In this document: positions 26,935 through 27,017 of the stretch, in pieces | How positions within the stretch are numbered: the first letter of the stretch is position 1 | How the letters are laid out: the number at the start of each line of letters is the position of its first letter | Origin: an uncultured bacterium | GTDB taxonomy: Bacteria > Krumholzibacteriota > Krumholzibacteriia > Krumholzibacteriales > Krumholzibacteriaceae | Length of the DNA: 27,017 nucleotides | Direction: 5' to 3' | Assembly (NCBI GenBank): GCA_965371515.1 | Contig: CBDUYR010000037.1 | Coordinates: forward strand, 1-27,017 | Made by a program: the position numbers and the translations under genes | Notes under the pieces: generated by a model | Seen by the model: only the letters and a program-made list of their open reading frames with translations | Database searches by the model: none | Told to the model about the DNA's origin: nothing

Positions 26935-27015
26935 CTATCTACCGTACATATTCTTTATTGCTCCCCAGCTCGATTCCTCCGTACCGACGCCGGTGCACTC
27001 CGGGCTGTCGAGAGG
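26935..27015 (-). CDS. 3' end (partial) of a probable exported protein with a C-terminal WGxIK tail
   Basis: Minus-strand frame reads PLDSPECTGVGTEESSWGAIKNMYGR-TAG and is followed by a terminator. Not in the ORF track. Confidence 0.75.
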   Translation of the reverse strand, partial: PLDSPECTGVGTEESSWGAIKNMYGR

Positions 27016-27017
27016 GT

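Noticed and set aside
21647..27017. Prophage or integrative element at tRNA-Phe
   Set aside because: No integrase, phage gene or duplicated tRNA 3' end within the window.

Overview
GC-rich bacterial chromosomal segment from a diderm (LPS-containing) organism. The gene repertoire (Ser/Thr kinase-TolB-like-TPR, Oar-like TonB receptor, C-terminal 'SWGAIK' tail) suggests an FCB-related candidate lineage such as Krumholzibacteriota/Latescibacterota; this is inference only. Left to right: the 3' end of a probable outer-membrane beta-barrel gene, an ABC-2 ATPase and permease, an FG-GAP/VCBS repeat protein, DUF418, a Cys-rich lipoprotein; a minus-strand GT9 heptosyltransferase (waaF-like)-waaA-radical SAM operon; tandem XRE-cupin regulators; DUF1844; a beta-barrel/TSP3/OmpA protein; mazG divergent from uvrA-galE; a histidine kinase / receiver / PAS-HisKA cluster behind a sigma54-type promoter; tRNA-Phe(GAA); a Ser/Thr kinase; a TonB-dependent receptor; and the 3' end of a gene with a WGxIK tail. 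No transposase, integrase, CRISPR array or rRNA was seen. The most notable signals are the WGxIK candidate sorting signal, a perfect 28-bp palindrome forming two symmetric extended -10 elements between mazG and uvrA, an atypical phosphorelay (kinase with a degenerate GGDEF-like tail plus an HATPase-less HisKA protein), a radical SAM enzyme inside an LPS inner-core operon, and a perfect palindrome centred on a stop codon.
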